In this document: positions 31,080-42,432 of the stretch, piece by piece
Layout: the number at the start of each line of letters is the position of its first letter
Numbering within the stretch: position 1 is the first letter of the stretch
NCBI GenBank assembly: GCA_963790305.1
Contig: CAWBOC010000006.1
Coordinates: 192,001-256,000 of the forward strand
Source: an uncultured Gemmatimonadaceae bacterium
Lineage (GTDB): Bacteria; Gemmatimonadota; Gemmatimonadetes; Gemmatimonadales; Gemmatimonadaceae
Direction of reading: 5' to 3'
Length of the DNA: 64,000 bases
Position numbers and translations under genes: made by a program
Notes under the pieces: model-generated
Told to the model about the DNA's origin: nothing
Seen by the model: only the letters and a program-made list of their open reading frames with translations
The model's database searches: none

Positions 31080-31508
31080 TTATCGCGCCGCCAACAGCTC
31101 GGTGTCCGAGAAAAAGAACCGCGCTTCGCGCTCCGCATTCTCATCGGAGTCCGAGCCGTGGACCGCGTTTCGCTCCTTCGACTCCGCGAAGAGCTTGCGC
31201 ACGGTTCCGGGCTTCGCCTCGGCGGGATCGGTCGCGCCAATGGCATCGCGATAGGCCGTCACGGCGTTCGCCTTCTCCAGCACGAGCGGCATGCACGGGC
31301 CGGACGTCATGAACGTCACGAGGGACCGGTAGAACGGTCGCTCGCGGTGCACTGCGTAGAACTCCTCGGCCTGGGCCTGGGTGAGATGCATGACGCGAGC
31401 GGCGCGAACAGCGAATCCCTGCCCCTCCAGATGCGCGATGATCTTTCCCGCCTTCCCCGCCCCGAAGGCGTCGGGCTTGATGATCGCGAGCGTGCGCGTA
31501 CCTGCCAT
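31080..31508 (-). CDS. ndk: Nucleoside diphosphate kinase
   Basis: TLAIIKPDA, FY..H.ERPF, MTSGP, IGATDP, PGTVR, NAVHGSDS. Confidence 0.96.
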   Translation of the reverse strand: MAGTRTLAIIKPDAFGAGKAGKIIAHLEGQGFAVRAARVMHLTQAQAEEFYAVHRERPFYRSLVTFMTSGPCMPLVLEKANAVTAYRDAIGATDPAEAKPGTVRKLFAESKERNAVHGSDSDENAEREARFFFSDTELLAAR

Positions 31509-31510
31509 GT

Positions 31511-32398
31511 TCACCATCCAATGAGCTTGCGGACAATGTCGCCGCGGGTGAGAAAGCCGACGAGGCGGCCTTCGCGCACCACGGGAACCTGCTCCACGTC
31601 CTTGTTGATCATGAGTGACGCGACCTCCGCGAGCGGCTGCTCCGGAGAGACGCAGAGAACCTGCCGCGTCATCGCATCGCGAACGGCGCGACGCGCATTC
31701 ACGCCGTCCGGCGTTGGGCGAGGCGGCGAATCGCCCTGCAGATAGCTGCCTAACAGGTGCCGGAGGAGATCGCGTTCGGCGAGCATCCCGACGATGACCT
31801 CGTTCTCCTCCACGACCGGGAGCGCCGAGATACCACCTCGGGCCATTTGGAGCGCGGCGTCGCGCAACGGCGTATCCGGCGTTGCCGTGCGTGGCCGCTG
31901 GGTCATGATGTCTCCGACGGCGAGCTGCCGCGGCAGCTCCACTTCGGAGAAAACGGGTAGTTCCGCCAGGGTCGCGGCGTCGGGCGCGGCCAGCAGCTGC
32001 TCGACCGTCCCGGGGCGGGAAAGCAACCGTGCGACGGCGCCGAGCACCTGGAGGTAGCGCGCCGCCAACCGAGGGGGAGCGACGATCATCAGCGCGATGC
32101 GCGCGTGCTGCACCTCTTCGGCGCCAAGCTCGCGCACGATGTCCCGCGGGGCGACGCCGAGCGCCACCGCGAGCTCCTTCACGGCATCGGTGCGGAAATG
32201 AATGAGAAACGCGCGCTCACCCATGGCGACAATGTCCTCGCCGCGCATTTCGTTGATTCGCTGCGCCAGCTTCTCGGGGTTCGCGATCGCGCCCGTGGAC
32301 TGCAGCCGCTCGTGGAGCGCACTCGCCGCTTCGCGAAGCGTTCCGGCATCGAGCGGCACGAGCACTCGATCGGGGCGAACGACGTCGGCGAGCTTCAT
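31511..32398 (-). CDS. Fusion of a PTS EIIA(Ntr/Fru)-like domain and a CBS pair
   Basis: N-term MKLADVV.PDRV.V.L, ...[11 protein letters not shown]....EL.VALGV, ..YLQVL..VARLL (EIIA-2 pattern); C-term VGDIMT, LPVV....[29 protein letters not shown] (CBS). Confidence 0.7.
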   Translation of the reverse strand: MKLADVVRPDRVLVPLDAGTLREAASALHERLQSTGAIANPEKLAQRINEMRGEDIVAMGERAFLIHFRTDAVKELAVALGVAPRDIVRELGAEEVQHARIALMIVAPPRLAARYLQVLGAVARLLSRPGTVEQLLAAPDAATLAELPVFSEVELPRQLAVGDIMTQRPRTATPDTPLRDAALQMARGGISALPVVEENEVIVGMLAERDLLRHLLGSYLQGDSPPRPTPDGVNARRAVRDAMTRQVLCVSPEQPLAEVASLMINKDVEQVPVVREGRLVGFLTRGDIVRKLIGW

Positions 32399-33267
32399 CG
32401 CGCTCGCTGGCGAACGAGGTCCACGACATCGACGGGGCGCTTCGCCACGCCCATGCCCGCGTCCTCGAACGCGGCAATCTTTTCCGCGGCTGTGCCAGCC
32501 GATCCCGAGATGATGGCGCCGGCGTGTCCCATCCGGCGTCCCGGCGGTGCCGTTTGGCCGGCGATGAATCCGACCACCGGCTTCTTCATTTTTTCCTTTA
32601 CAAAGCGAGCGGCATCCTGCTCATCCGTCCCGCCGATCTCGCCGATCATGACGACCGCTTTCGTGGCGGGATCGCGCTCGAACGCATCCAGGCAATCGAT
32701 GAAGTTGGTCCCGTTGATCGGGTCACCCCCAATGCCGACGCACGTCGTCTGGCCGAGACCGGCGCGTGTGAGATGGTATACGACCTCGTAGGTGAGCGTT
32801 CCGGAGCGGCTCACGAGCCCAATGGGGCCCGGCGCGCAGATGCGGCCCGGAATGATGCCGACCTTGGATGAACCTGGAGAGATGAGGCCCGGGCAGTTCG
32901 GGCCGATGAGCCGCGCGCCGCGCGCCTTCACGTACGGGTAGACACGGGTCATGTCGAGCACCGGCACGCCCTCGGTAATGCAGACGATCAGCGAGAGTCC
33001 GGCGTCGGCCGCCTCCATCATGGCATCCGCCGCGAACGGAGGGGGCACGTAGATCACCGTCGTGTTCGCCTTCGTCTCCCGCACTGCGTCAGCGACGGTG
33101 TTGAAGATCGGCACCGTGTTCTCGAACCGCTGGCCGCCTTTCCCCGGAGTGACGCCGGCCACGACCTTCGTGCCGTACTCGATCATCTGCTTCGCGTGAA
33201 ACGATCCATCGCGGCCGGTGATTCCCTGCACCACCAGGCGAGTCGAGTTGTCGATGAAGATGCTCAC
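32395..33267 (-). CDS. sucD: Succinyl-CoA synthetase alpha subunit
   Basis: [47 protein letters not shown]. Confidence 0.97.
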   Translation of the reverse strand: MSIFIDNSTRLVVQGITGRDGSFHAKQMIEYGTKVVAGVTPGKGGQRFENTVPIFNTVADAVRETKANTTVIYVPPPFAADAMMEAADAGLSLIVCITEGVPVLDMTRVYPYVKARGARLIGPNCPGLISPGSSKVGIIPGRICAPGPIGLVSRSGTLTYEVVYHLTRAGLGQTTCVGIGGDPINGTNFIDCLDAFERDPATKAVVMIGEIGGTDEQDAARFVKEKMKKPVVGFIAGQTAPPGRRMGHAGAIISGSAGTAAEKIAAFEDAGMGVAKRPVDVVDLVRQRAR

Positions 33268-34409
33268 GCGCGTTCCCCTGCCGTGGCGAGCTCGACGGCG
33301 CGCTGCACGGCCGCATCCATCTCGGTCATCGCCGAGAATCCGTGCTCCTGAAGAATCTTGACGGCGACCTCCTCGTTGGTACCCGTCAAGCGAATCACGA
33401 TCGGCACGCGCAAGGGCGACGCCTTCGTCGCCGTCACGATTCCGTTGGCGACATCGTCGGTGCGGGTAATGCCGCCGAAAATGTTGAACAGAATCGACCG
33501 CACGTGCGGATCACTGGTAATGATCTGGAGTGCCGCGACGACCTTTTCCGGATTCGAGGAGCCGCCGATGTCGAGGAAGTTGGCGGGCTCACCGCCGTAG
33601 TACTTGACCAGGTCCATGGTGGCCATGGCGAGCCCCGCCCCGTTCACGACGCATCCGACGTTGCCATCGAGCTTGATGAACGTGAGCCCCGCCTCACGAG
33701 CGCGCACCTCGGCGGGATCTTCCGCGGTCTCGTCGCGCAGAAGCGCCAGCTCCGGGTGGCGATCGAGCTCGTTGTCATCGACTCCCATCTTCGCGTCCAG
33801 CGCCACCACCTCTCCCGCCGGCGTCGTGACGAGCGGATTGATCTCGGCCAGCGATGCCCCGCTGGCCCAGAACGCCGTGTACAGCTGCTGCATGATCTTC
33901 GCGGCGGCGCGAGCCTGCTTGATGTCGGAGTAGAGAAAGAGCCCCATCTGCAACGCCTGAAATGGTAGCAGACCATAGACCGGATCGACCGGCAGGCGCA
34001 TGATCTTGTCGGGGGTCTTCGCAGCGACTTCCTCGATGTCGATGCCGCCGGCGGGGCTCACCATGAACACCGGGCGTTTCGACGCGCGATCGACGATGAT
34101 CCCGACGTACGCCTCAGTCGCGATATCGGCGGCCGGTGTGACCAGGACCTTGTGGACCGTCAGACCCTTGATCTTCATCCCGAGAATCTTCGACGCGATC
34201 TCGCGCGTTTCCTCGGGAGTCTTAGCGAGCTTCACCCCGCCCGCCTTTCCGCGCCCGCCCGCATGGACCTGCGCCTTCACCACTACCGTACCCGCATACC
34301 GTCGCGCGAGCGCCTCCGCCTCGGTGGGCGTCGTCGCGACGCCACCCGGAGGAATTGGAATGCCGTGGTGCCGAAAGATCTCTTTGGCCTGGTACTCGTG
34401 AATGTTCAC
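33264..34409 (-). CDS. sucC: Succinyl-CoA synthetase beta subunit
   Basis: [45 protein letters not shown]. Confidence 0.97.
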   Translation of the reverse strand: MNIHEYQAKEIFRHHGIPIPPGGVATTPTEAEALARRYAGTVVVKAQVHAGGRGKAGGVKLAKTPEETREIASKILGMKIKGLTVHKVLVTPAADIATEAYVGIIVDRASKRPVFMVSPAGGIDIEEVAAKTPDKIMRLPVDPVYGLLPFQALQMGLFLYSDIKQARAAAKIMQQLYTAFWASGASLAEINPLVTTPAGEVVALDAKMGVDDNELDRHPELALLRDETAEDPAEVRAREAGLTFIKLDGNVGCVVNGAGLAMATMDLVKYYGGEPANFLDIGGSSNPEKVVAALQIITSDPHVRSILFNIFGGITRTDDVANGIVTATKASPLRVPIVIRLTGTNEEVAVKILQEHGFSAMTEMDAAVQRAVELATAGERA

Positions 34410-35374
34410 TGGTTCTCCGCCGTGATCGTCGTACCGGCTTCTCCGCGCACTGCGTCGCGGCCCCGGCTCAACTCCGTGATGACCGCCCGGCCACCGGTGC
34501 GCCGAACGAAATCGACCGCCGCCCGCACCTTGGGGCCCATGCTTCCTTCACCAAACGTACCGTCCTCATCGAGGCGCTCGGCATCGTCCGCCGTTAGGCG
34601 TTCGAGCCGGCGCTGCGAGGGCTTGCCGTAGTCGAGATACACCGCGTCGACATCGGTGAGAATGATAAGCAGCCGCGCATCGAGATCGCGCGCGAGAACG
34701 GCCGCGACCAGATCCTTATCCACGACCGCATCGACGCCTTCCCACCCGAGTATCGCGTCTCGGTAGACCGGAACCCCTCCCCCACCTCCCGCGACGACCA
34801 CCGTACCGGCCTCGACGAGCCGCCGAATGCTCTCCAGCTCGTGAACCGCGATGGGCCGCGGGCTCCCGACCACGCGACGCCAGCGTCCTCGTGCGTCGCG
34901 CTTCACCGACTGCCCTTCCGCGATCAGCGCCTCCGCCCGCGCATTGGGAATGCCATGACCGATGAACTTGGTCGGCTCCATGAGCGCCGGATCGTCCGGC
35001 GAAACGTGCACCTGCGTGATGATCGTCGCGACCTCACGCTCGCTTCCATGTCGTCGCAACGCGTTCTCCAGCGATTGCTGAATCATGTACCCGATCCACC
35101 CGGCCGTCGCCGCCACGAGCACGCCGAGCGGGTTCGTGGTCACCTCGGCACGCGCCAACTCGTTTCGAACCAGCTCGTCGCCAACCTGCGGTCCGTTCCC
35201 GTGCACGATGCACAGGTTCCAGCCGTCGAGTGCCAGGTCGACGATCGGTCCAAGCGCCGCGCGCGTGTGACGAAATTGGTCGTGGATGCTCGACCGCGCG
35301 GACGCCGGCGCCAGCGCGTTACCGCCGACAGCGATCACGGCGGTGGCCGGTTCCGAGGGCTCGGGCTGCGTCAT
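34406..35374 (-). CDS. arcC: Carbamate kinase
   Basis: A.GGNAL, HGNGPQVG, G.IGY, PTKFIG, RRVV.SP.P, GGGG.PV, AVVDKD, GSMGPKV.AA. Confidence 0.92.
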   Translation of the reverse strand: MTQPEPSEPATAVIAVGGNALAPASARSSIHDQFRHTRAALGPIVDLALDGWNLCIVHGNGPQVGDELVRNELARAEVTTNPLGVLVAATAGWIGYMIQQSLENALRRHGSEREVATIITQVHVSPDDPALMEPTKFIGHGIPNARAEALIAEGQSVKRDARGRWRRVVGSPRPIAVHELESIRRLVEAGTVVVAGGGGGVPVYRDAILGWEGVDAVVDKDLVAAVLARDLDARLLIILTDVDAVYLDYGKPSQRRLERLTADDAERLDEDGTFGEGSMGPKVRAAVDFVRRTGGRAVITELSRGRDAVRGEAGTTITAENQ

Positions 35375-35389
35375 GGGATCGGGCGCCGC

Positions 35390-35418
35390 AAGCTATTCAG
35401 CCCCTGCGAAGGGTGCAA
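35390..35418 (-). promoter_or_regulatory. Sigma70-type promoter for arcC-sucCD-EIIA/CBS-ndk
   Basis: TTGCAC-N17-TAGCTT. Confidence 0.55.
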
Positions 35419-35419
35419 G

Positions 35420-37901
35420 CTAACGGGGCGGCCGCGCGAGAAGGGCGCCAAGTGCGTCGTACGCTTCACCGAACGCCGGCCAGTCGCCGCGTCGCAGGGC
35501 GTCGCGCATCGCCTCGTACAGCCGGCTCGCGCGCAGGCGCAATGACTCATCGCTAATCGGCTCCGCAGCATTTGGGTCGATTACAGCCGTCACGCCGTAG
35601 GCATCCGCGAGAGTGCGCCCGGTGAACACGCTGTCCTGGTCGAGCACGCTGACTCGGAGCAACGCCGGGGGCCCTTCTGGAGGCCACGCATACGCCGATT
35701 GCACGAAGGCCAGGCGGTCGCTCAGCGGAACGACGCGTACACGGCCGGCGCGCAGTGAGGGCTCACGCGGGCGACCAGGAAGCGAGTCTCGCGTCTGACG
35801 CAGCCGATCGAGGACGTCGTTCCATCGGATCGCGTGGCCCTGGCGCTCGAGCCAGTACGTTCCGCGCCCGCGGCCGCCTGTGGCGATAACGACCCCGCGC
35901 ACACCGCCAGCATCGTCGAGCACCGGGATCGTCCACGCAGCAGCCTCGTCGGAGACCGGTAGCACGATCGAGGCGGACGAAGGCCCCACGAGCCCGCTGT
36001 CGGCACCCTCCTCCGCTGGGAGCGTGGCCGCGCGGAGCCGGTTCGCCCCGACGTCCATGGCGGGCGAGAACACCGGCCTGCAGATGTCCGGCGTCCAGCG
36101 CAGGCGGGATCGCAGCTGCGATGCTCGTTGGTACGCGCGACCAGTCGGAAAAGAGCGTTGGAAAACGCCGGACCCAACTCAGGGCGATTGGATCGAGCGC
36201 GGAGTCCGCCACCAGCGTTACGACGCCGGTATATGCATCCACGAGTGCCGTGGCGGCGTGACGCACGTAGCTGAACTCCTCACCCCCGAGCGTGACATGC
36301 TGGCTGACGGGGTAATTCGCGGACGCGGAATACAGATCGAGCGCCCAGAGAAGCCGGCCCTCGCGGGCGATTGGCGTGACGTTGCGTCCTTGTACAAAAA
36401 AGGGTGCGAGAGCGCGCACACGCTCTCGTACGCCGCGGCGTCGAACGATGCGCGGCGTCGGTCGCGGCGGCGCGCTGACGAGCAACCGGAAGTTTTGAAG
36501 GCTCCACGCATGCGCGAGTCGTGACAACGTCGTCGTCAGCGCCGGGGCGGCGAGCGTGCCGCTGGTATCAGGTACGACCACGTAGCTCGTTGCGCCGTCG
36601 TAGACGATCGGGGTGGGAATGGCGTTCGATTCGCGCGCGGACCGCGGGCTTTCGCGAATGCGCACCGGGTCGCCCCGCACATCGGCTGCGGATGCGAGAA
36701 CGCGTGCAAGCGTCCATCGGCCTGCCGCCAAGGTGTCCGACGGTGGTCCAGGCGCGTTCACGACCGTGGCGAGGACGCCGGAAGGCGCCGCGGTCATCGC
36801 GAGAGCGTGCGTCGTGCCTTCGCTTTCCCGAGAGCGCGACATCCATCGGGCGAGGGCCGACTGCTCCCACACGGCAACCGATTGCGTCGCGTCCGCGCGT
36901 GACGGGATGAGCATCGCGGGGGCCGCGTTTCGCACGAGGTCGATTCCGTAGGCCCGTCGGGTGTACATCGTCCGCGTCGTGACGTACGCCCGCGCTCGCT
37001 CCGCCGAGTCCGGATCGCCCCGCCCGATCAGGGGTGGAATCGCGCGATCCAGCACCAGGCTCAGCAGGAGGACTGTCCCGATGCCGATAAAGGCGATCTT
37101 GACCTGACCTGTCCAGCCGAAGATTACCACCAGCACCGCTGCGACGAGCGTCAGAACCGAAAGACCCAGATTGATCGGAATGCGCCCGTCGAGATCCGAT
37201 GGCGTGAGCGCTCCCGCGTCCCCGGTACCGGAGAGTAAGACCTCGAAGGCGTCGAGGCGGTGGCTCCAGGCGAGCGTCATCATGAGCACCGCGCAAAGGA
37301 CGACGAGGTGCCGCCGCACGTAGTTCGAGATGTGCAGGCGCCCCCGTTCCCATCGCAGGCTCGGAGTGAGGGCGTAGAGAAAGATGACGAGAACCGTCAC
37401 CAGGAGCGCGGCGATCACCGACCAGTAGTAGAGCTCGCGCTCGACCGGAAGCCAGTACACGTAGAACCCGAGGTCGGTCTGAAAGTGCGGATCGGCCTCG
37501 TTGAAGGGCACTCCGATACGCGAAAGCATGAATCCGGTCCACGTCTCGGCGGGGAGGGTCACGAGGGCGCCGAAGAGCAGCGCGATGGCCGCCGCAACCG
37601 CGAGGAGGTAGGGCGATGGGACCTCCTCGGCGATCTCGATGTTGCCTAACCGGCGTGGGAGGCGCAGCGACACCACTGTCCGGCGCACGGCCCACAGGTT
37701 GGCGAAGATGAAGGCGGTAGCGACCGCACCGGAGGCGAGCCGCAACGTGGTGACCGTGGCAAACCGTGCACGCCACAGCGGCAGGGCGCCCATGGCTTCA
37801 AACCACCGGAAGTCAGCGTACGCTGCGGACAGCGCGCGCCCGGCCAGAAGCGCTAGGGCGATTCCTCCGATCGCGAGGAGCCACCAGCGCCTTGCTTTCA
37901 C
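35420..37901 (-). CDS. UPF0182 family membrane protein (one +1 frameshift near 36025)
   Basis: Y.D..WF...G, DP.F..DLGFYV..LP, TR.AYGID, ER...LAPF, YP.S, VDAYTG.V, C-term A...LR.GDW..FGE. Confidence 0.85.
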
Positions 37902-37902
37902 G

Positions 37903-39273
37903 CTAGACCGTCACGCCCTGGGTGCGAAGCCACCCCTCCATCTCATTGCGGATGGCCGAGAGGCGCTCCGGCGTGCGTGCCTCGAAGCGCGTGACGAGTA
38001 CCGGCTGGGTATTGGATGCGCGAATGAGGCCCCAGCCGTCACCAAAGTTCACCCGCACGCCATCCACGCCGATCGTATCATACTTCGCTGAAAAGTGGCT
38101 GACCGCGCGATCGACGAGCGCGAATTTCAGCGATTCGGGGACTTCGACGCGAAGCTCCGGCGTGCTGACGAATTTGGGGACATCAGCCAGAAGCTCAGTG
38201 ACACTCTTCCCCGAATCCGCGACAATGCGCAGAAGTCGTGCGGCACCATACAGCGCGTCGTCGTGCCCGTAGAATCCTTCGGTGAAGAACATGTGGCCCG
38301 ACATCTCGCCAGCGATCGGAGCGCCAAGCTCCTTCATCTTGTCCTTGATCAACGAGTGGCCCGTCTTCCACATGACGGGCGTTCCGCCGGCTTTCTTGAT
38401 CGCGTCCGGCAGTGCCTGCGAGCACTTCACGTCGAAGATGATCGACTGCCCGCGCCCGGCTCGGGAGAGGACGTCCCGCGCGTAGAGAATCAAGACGTGG
38501 TCGCCCCAGACGATGCCACCTTTGTCGTCGATCACACCAATGCGGTCCGCGTCTCCATCGAATGCGACGCCGACGTCGGCGCGGTCGCGATGCACCGCCG
38601 CGATCAAATCCTGGAGATTCTCGACGACGGTGGGGTCCGGGTGATGGTTCGGGAACGTCCCGTCGCTCTCACAGAAGAGCGTCTCGAGCTTCGCGCCGAT
38701 GGCCTTCAGGAGCTGCGGGGCGACGAGCGCGCCCGCCCCGTTCCCGCAATCCGCGACGACGCGCAGCGGACGGGAGAGCTTTCCCACTCGCTTCACGATG
38801 TCAGCGATGTAGCGGTCAATCACGTGCTCTTCGCGTACGCGTCCGCGGCCCGTCGGGAATCTGGCGGCCGTGATCACACGATAGAGCGCCTGGATCTCCT
38901 CACCATGCAAGCTCCCCTTCCCAACGCTCAACTTGAACCCGTTGTACTCCGGCGGATTGTGCGATCCGGTGATCTGGATGCCGCCCACGACATCGAGGTT
39001 GTGGAGCGACCAGTACAGTAAGGGCGTTGGGACAATCCCAACGTCGACGACGTCCACGCCCGACTCCGTGAGGCCACGGACCAGCGCATCGCGGAGCGCC
39101 TTCCCGCTGGGGCGGTTATCGCGTCCAACCGCGACAGTCCCACGCAGCCCATGGTCGGCAATGTATGCCGCGTAGCCGCGGCCGATCGCGTCGGCGGTCT
39201 CCGAATGGAGATCCTTGCCGACGATGCCGCGAATGTCGTACTGCCGGAAAATCTCTTTTACGATGCTGGTCAT
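37903..39273 (-). CDS. Phosphomannomutase/phosphoglucomutase (AlgC-like)
   Basis: IFRQYDIRG, TGSHNP, FPNHHPDP, FDGDADR, GEMSGH, RASNTQP. Confidence 0.93.
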   Translation of the reverse strand: MTSIVKEIFRQYDIRGIVGKDLHSETADAIGRGYAAYIADHGLRGTVAVGRDNRPSGKALRDALVRGLTESGVDVVDVGIVPTPLLYWSLHNLDVVGGIQITGSHNPPEYNGFKLSVGKGSLHGEEIQALYRVITAARFPTGRGRVREEHVIDRYIADIVKRVGKLSRPLRVVADCGNGAGALVAPQLLKAIGAKLETLFCESDGTFPNHHPDPTVVENLQDLIAAVHRDRADVGVAFDGDADRIGVIDDKGGIVWGDHVLILYARDVLSRAGRGQSIIFDVKCSQALPDAIKKAGGTPVMWKTGHSLIKDKMKELGAPIAGEMSGHMFFTEGFYGHDDALYGAARLLRIVADSGKSVTELLADVPKFVSTPELRVEVPESLKFALVDRAVSHFSAKYDTIGVDGVRVNFGDGWGLIRASNTQPVLVTRFEARTPERLSAIRNEMEGWLRTQGVTV

Positions 39274-39325
39274 CGTGTCCACTCGCGAGGCAGGAACACC
39301 GTGCGGCTGCCCGAACGACCGTGCG

Positions 39326-40846
39326 TCAGCGCGGAGTCGCCGGCGCGCGAGGCAGGTCCTCGGACAGGTGCACCAGTTGCGGAAGGCTGCGGCGCGCAAC
39401 GCGCAGCACCGGCTGCGGCCAGATGCCGACGACGAGCAGGACGATCGCGCACGTCGCGATGACGAATCGCGTCATCCCGGGCACCCGCACCGGACTCGGC
39501 GCGTCAGCCGGCCGGGCCTTCATGAACATCACCATGACGACGTACAGATAGTAGCCTGCGGAGACGAGGCTGGTGAGCACGACCCAGATCGCGAGATTCG
39601 TCTGTGACGGCGGGCGCAGCGCAGCCTGCAGGACGTACCACTTCGCGAAGAACCCCATACCGCCGAAGATCGGGAATCCCAGCAGAGCGAGCATGAACAC
39701 CGCCATGGCGATCGACAGCCCTGGGCGCACACGCCACAATCCCGCGTAGTCCTCGATCTGTTGGCCGCGTTCCCCGGTCTGGGCGAGCGCCATGACGACG
39801 GCGAACGCGCCCATCGTCGCCAGGGTGTACGCGAAGACGTAAAAGAGGTAGGCCGATGCCCCTTCGAAGTTGCTCACCACCACCGCGACGAGCAGATACC
39901 CCGCGTGCGCGATACTCGAGTACGCGAGCATCCGCTTGATGTTCTTTTGCGCCAGAGCGACCACGTTTCCGACGATCATCGTAAAGACCGCCAGGTACCA
40001 AAGCGGCTTGTGCCAGGCCGCGTTCAAGTACGGGAACGCCTCCATCCAGATGCGCAGGAATACCGCGAACGCCGCCGCCTTCACCGCCGCCGCCATGAAT
40101 GCCGTCATCGGAGTCGGAGCGCCCTCGTAGACATCGGGCGTCCACATGTGGAACGGCGCGGCCGCCACCTTGAAGCCGAGTCCCACGACGAGCAGGCCAA
40201 CCCCCGCGAGGAGCATGGGGTTGTTGGCGAGGCCACGGGCGAGAATTGCCGCGCCAATGTCGGCGATGTTGGTGCTCCCGGTCGCTCCGAATACGAGCGC
40301 GATTCCGTACAGGAGGAATCCGGTCGAGAATGCGCCGAGCAAGAAGTATTTGAGAGCGGCTTCAGCGGCGCGCCCGCTCCGGCGGTTGAGTCCCGCCAGC
40401 ACGTACACCGCGATCGACATGAGCTCGATGCCGAGGAACACGATCATCAGATCGCGCGCGGCGGCCAGAAGCATCATGCCGGAGGTCGCGAACAGGATGA
40501 GCACGTGCGCCTCCGCCACATCGATGCGCTCCCCCTCGAGGTAATCCATGGAGAGTGCAATCGCCAGGATGGCGCCGAGCAGAATGAGCACGTCGGTTGC
40601 CCACCGGAATGGGTCCACCGCGATGACACCGCGGGTCGCCGTGTGCCCTGCCCACCACATGTAAATGACGCCCGCGAGTGTAAGAATGCAGAGCGCGATG
40701 CTCCATCGCCCCACCGCGCGCTGGCGTTCGGGCGTCTCAGCGCCCCACGCGCTCGCCAGTAGAAGTATCAGCGTACCCGCCATGAGCAGCAGGTCGGGCG
40801 CGAGCGCGAAGGTGAGCTCGAGCGGAAGATCGAGATCGAAGCGCAT
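39326..40846 (-). CDS. nuoN: NADH-quinone oxidoreductase subunit N
   Basis: EAALKYFLLG, FKVAAAPFHMWTPDVYEGAP, KRMLAYSSI.H.GY. Confidence 0.95.
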   Translation of the reverse strand: MRFDLDLPLELTFALAPDLLLMAGTLILLLASAWGAETPERQRAVGRWSIALCILTLAGVIYMWWAGHTATRGVIAVDPFRWATDVLILLGAILAIALSMDYLEGERIDVAEAHVLILFATSGMMLLAAARDLMIVFLGIELMSIAVYVLAGLNRRSGRAAEAALKYFLLGAFSTGFLLYGIALVFGATGSTNIADIGAAILARGLANNPMLLAGVGLLVVGLGFKVAAAPFHMWTPDVYEGAPTPMTAFMAAAVKAAAFAVFLRIWMEAFPYLNAAWHKPLWYLAVFTMIVGNVVALAQKNIKRMLAYSSIAHAGYLLVAVVVSNFEGASAYLFYVFAYTLATMGAFAVVMALAQTGERGQQIEDYAGLWRVRPGLSIAMAVFMLALLGFPIFGGMGFFAKWYVLQAALRPPSQTNLAIWVVLTSLVSAGYYLYVVMVMFMKARPADAPSPVRVPGMTRFVIATCAIVLLVVGIWPQPVLRVARRSLPQLVHLSEDLPRAPATPR

Positions 40847-40850
40847 CAGC

Positions 40851-42429
40851 TCAGTTCCCCATCCGTGACGCGCCGGTGCGCTCCGTGGCTCCGCGCTCCA
40901 CGTCAGAAATGAACTGTGCGGCCGACCGTTCCATCCGATCGAGAATCGGCTTGGGATAAATGCCGATCCACAGAATCGGAATCACCAGGGCAACCATGAT
41001 GACCATTTCTCGCACGTTGAGATCGGTCAGTCGCTCATTCTCGACGTTGGTCACTGGCTGGAACAGGATACGCTGAATCGCCCAGAGCAGATACGCCGCG
41101 GCGAAGATGACCCCTGTCGTCGCGATGACGGTCCATATCGGCTGCGTGCGGAAGCTACCGAGCAGCACGAGGAATTCGCCGACGAAGCCGTTTGTGCCAG
41201 GAAGCCCGATCGGAGCTGAGTGAGACGATCGTCAGCATGGCGGCAAAGAGCGGGACGACGCGGGCGATTCCGCCGTAGGAATCGATCATCCGGCTGTGGC
41301 GGCGCTCGTAGATCATGCCGATGAGAAAGAAAAGCGCGCCCGTCGAGATGCCGTGGTTGATCATCACCATCAGGGCGCCCTGCACGCTCTCGAGCGTCAG
41401 CGCCAGGATGCCGAGCATCACGAACCCGAGGTGACTGACGGACGAGTACGCCACGAGCTTCTTGAAGTCCGGCTGCACCATCGCGACCAGGGCGCCGTAG
41501 ATGATGCCGATGACTGCCAGCGCCAACATGGTCGTGCGCACGGCGGGCGACATCGCGACGTCGGGGAACAGCGGCATCGCGAAACGGAGAAAGCCGTACG
41601 TGCCCATCTTGAGCATGATGCCGGCGAGGATCACCGATCCGGCCGTTGGAGCTTCCACGTGCGCGTCAGGGAGCCACGTGTGGAAGGGGAACATTGGCAC
41701 CTTCACCGCGAACGCGAGGAAGAAGGCGCCGAAGAGCATCAGACCCGCCGTCCGACTCACATCAATGCTGCGCAGCAGCGCGTCATAGCTGAACGTCGGG
41801 CTGCCGGCCTGCCAGGTCTGAATCCACAGGTAGAGGATCGCCACCAGCATGAGCAGCGAGCCGATCATCGTGTAGAGGAAGAACTTGATGCTGGCGTAGA
41901 GGCGCCGTTCCCCGCCCCAGATGCCGATGATGAAGTACATCGGGATGAGCATCACTTCCCACATCACGTAGAACAGAAGCAGATCGAGCGAGATGAAGAC
42001 GCCGATCATGCCCGTCGTGAGCACGAGCAGGAGCGCGTAGTAGGCCGGCAGCTTCTCGCGCACGCTCGTCCAGCTGCCGAGCACCGAGAGCGGCATGATG
42101 AAGGTCGTCAGCAGGATCATCATCAGCGAGATCCCGTCGATGCCGACGACGAAGTTGGCGCCCCACTCGGGGATCCAGGGCTTCATGACCACGTTCTGCC
42201 AGGTACTGCGTGCCGGATCGAACGTCCACCACAGTCCCGCCGAGACGATGAACTCCACCACCAGCGTGACGAAGGCGATGACGCGCGCGCTCGCGGCGTT
42301 GGCGATGTCGTCCGCGCGTCCACGGCCGATCCGCGCGACGTAAATCAGGATCGCGCCGACAATGGGAATGAGCAGCAATGCGGGGAGGACCCACCGCTCG
42401 TAGCCAATGTCGGCGAGGAATTCGAGCAT
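40851..42429 (-). CDS. nuoM: NADH-quinone oxidoreductase subunit M (one +1 frameshift near 41212)
   Basis: [39 protein letters not shown], after the shift [12 protein letters not shown]. Confidence 0.95.
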
Positions 42430-42432
42430 GGC

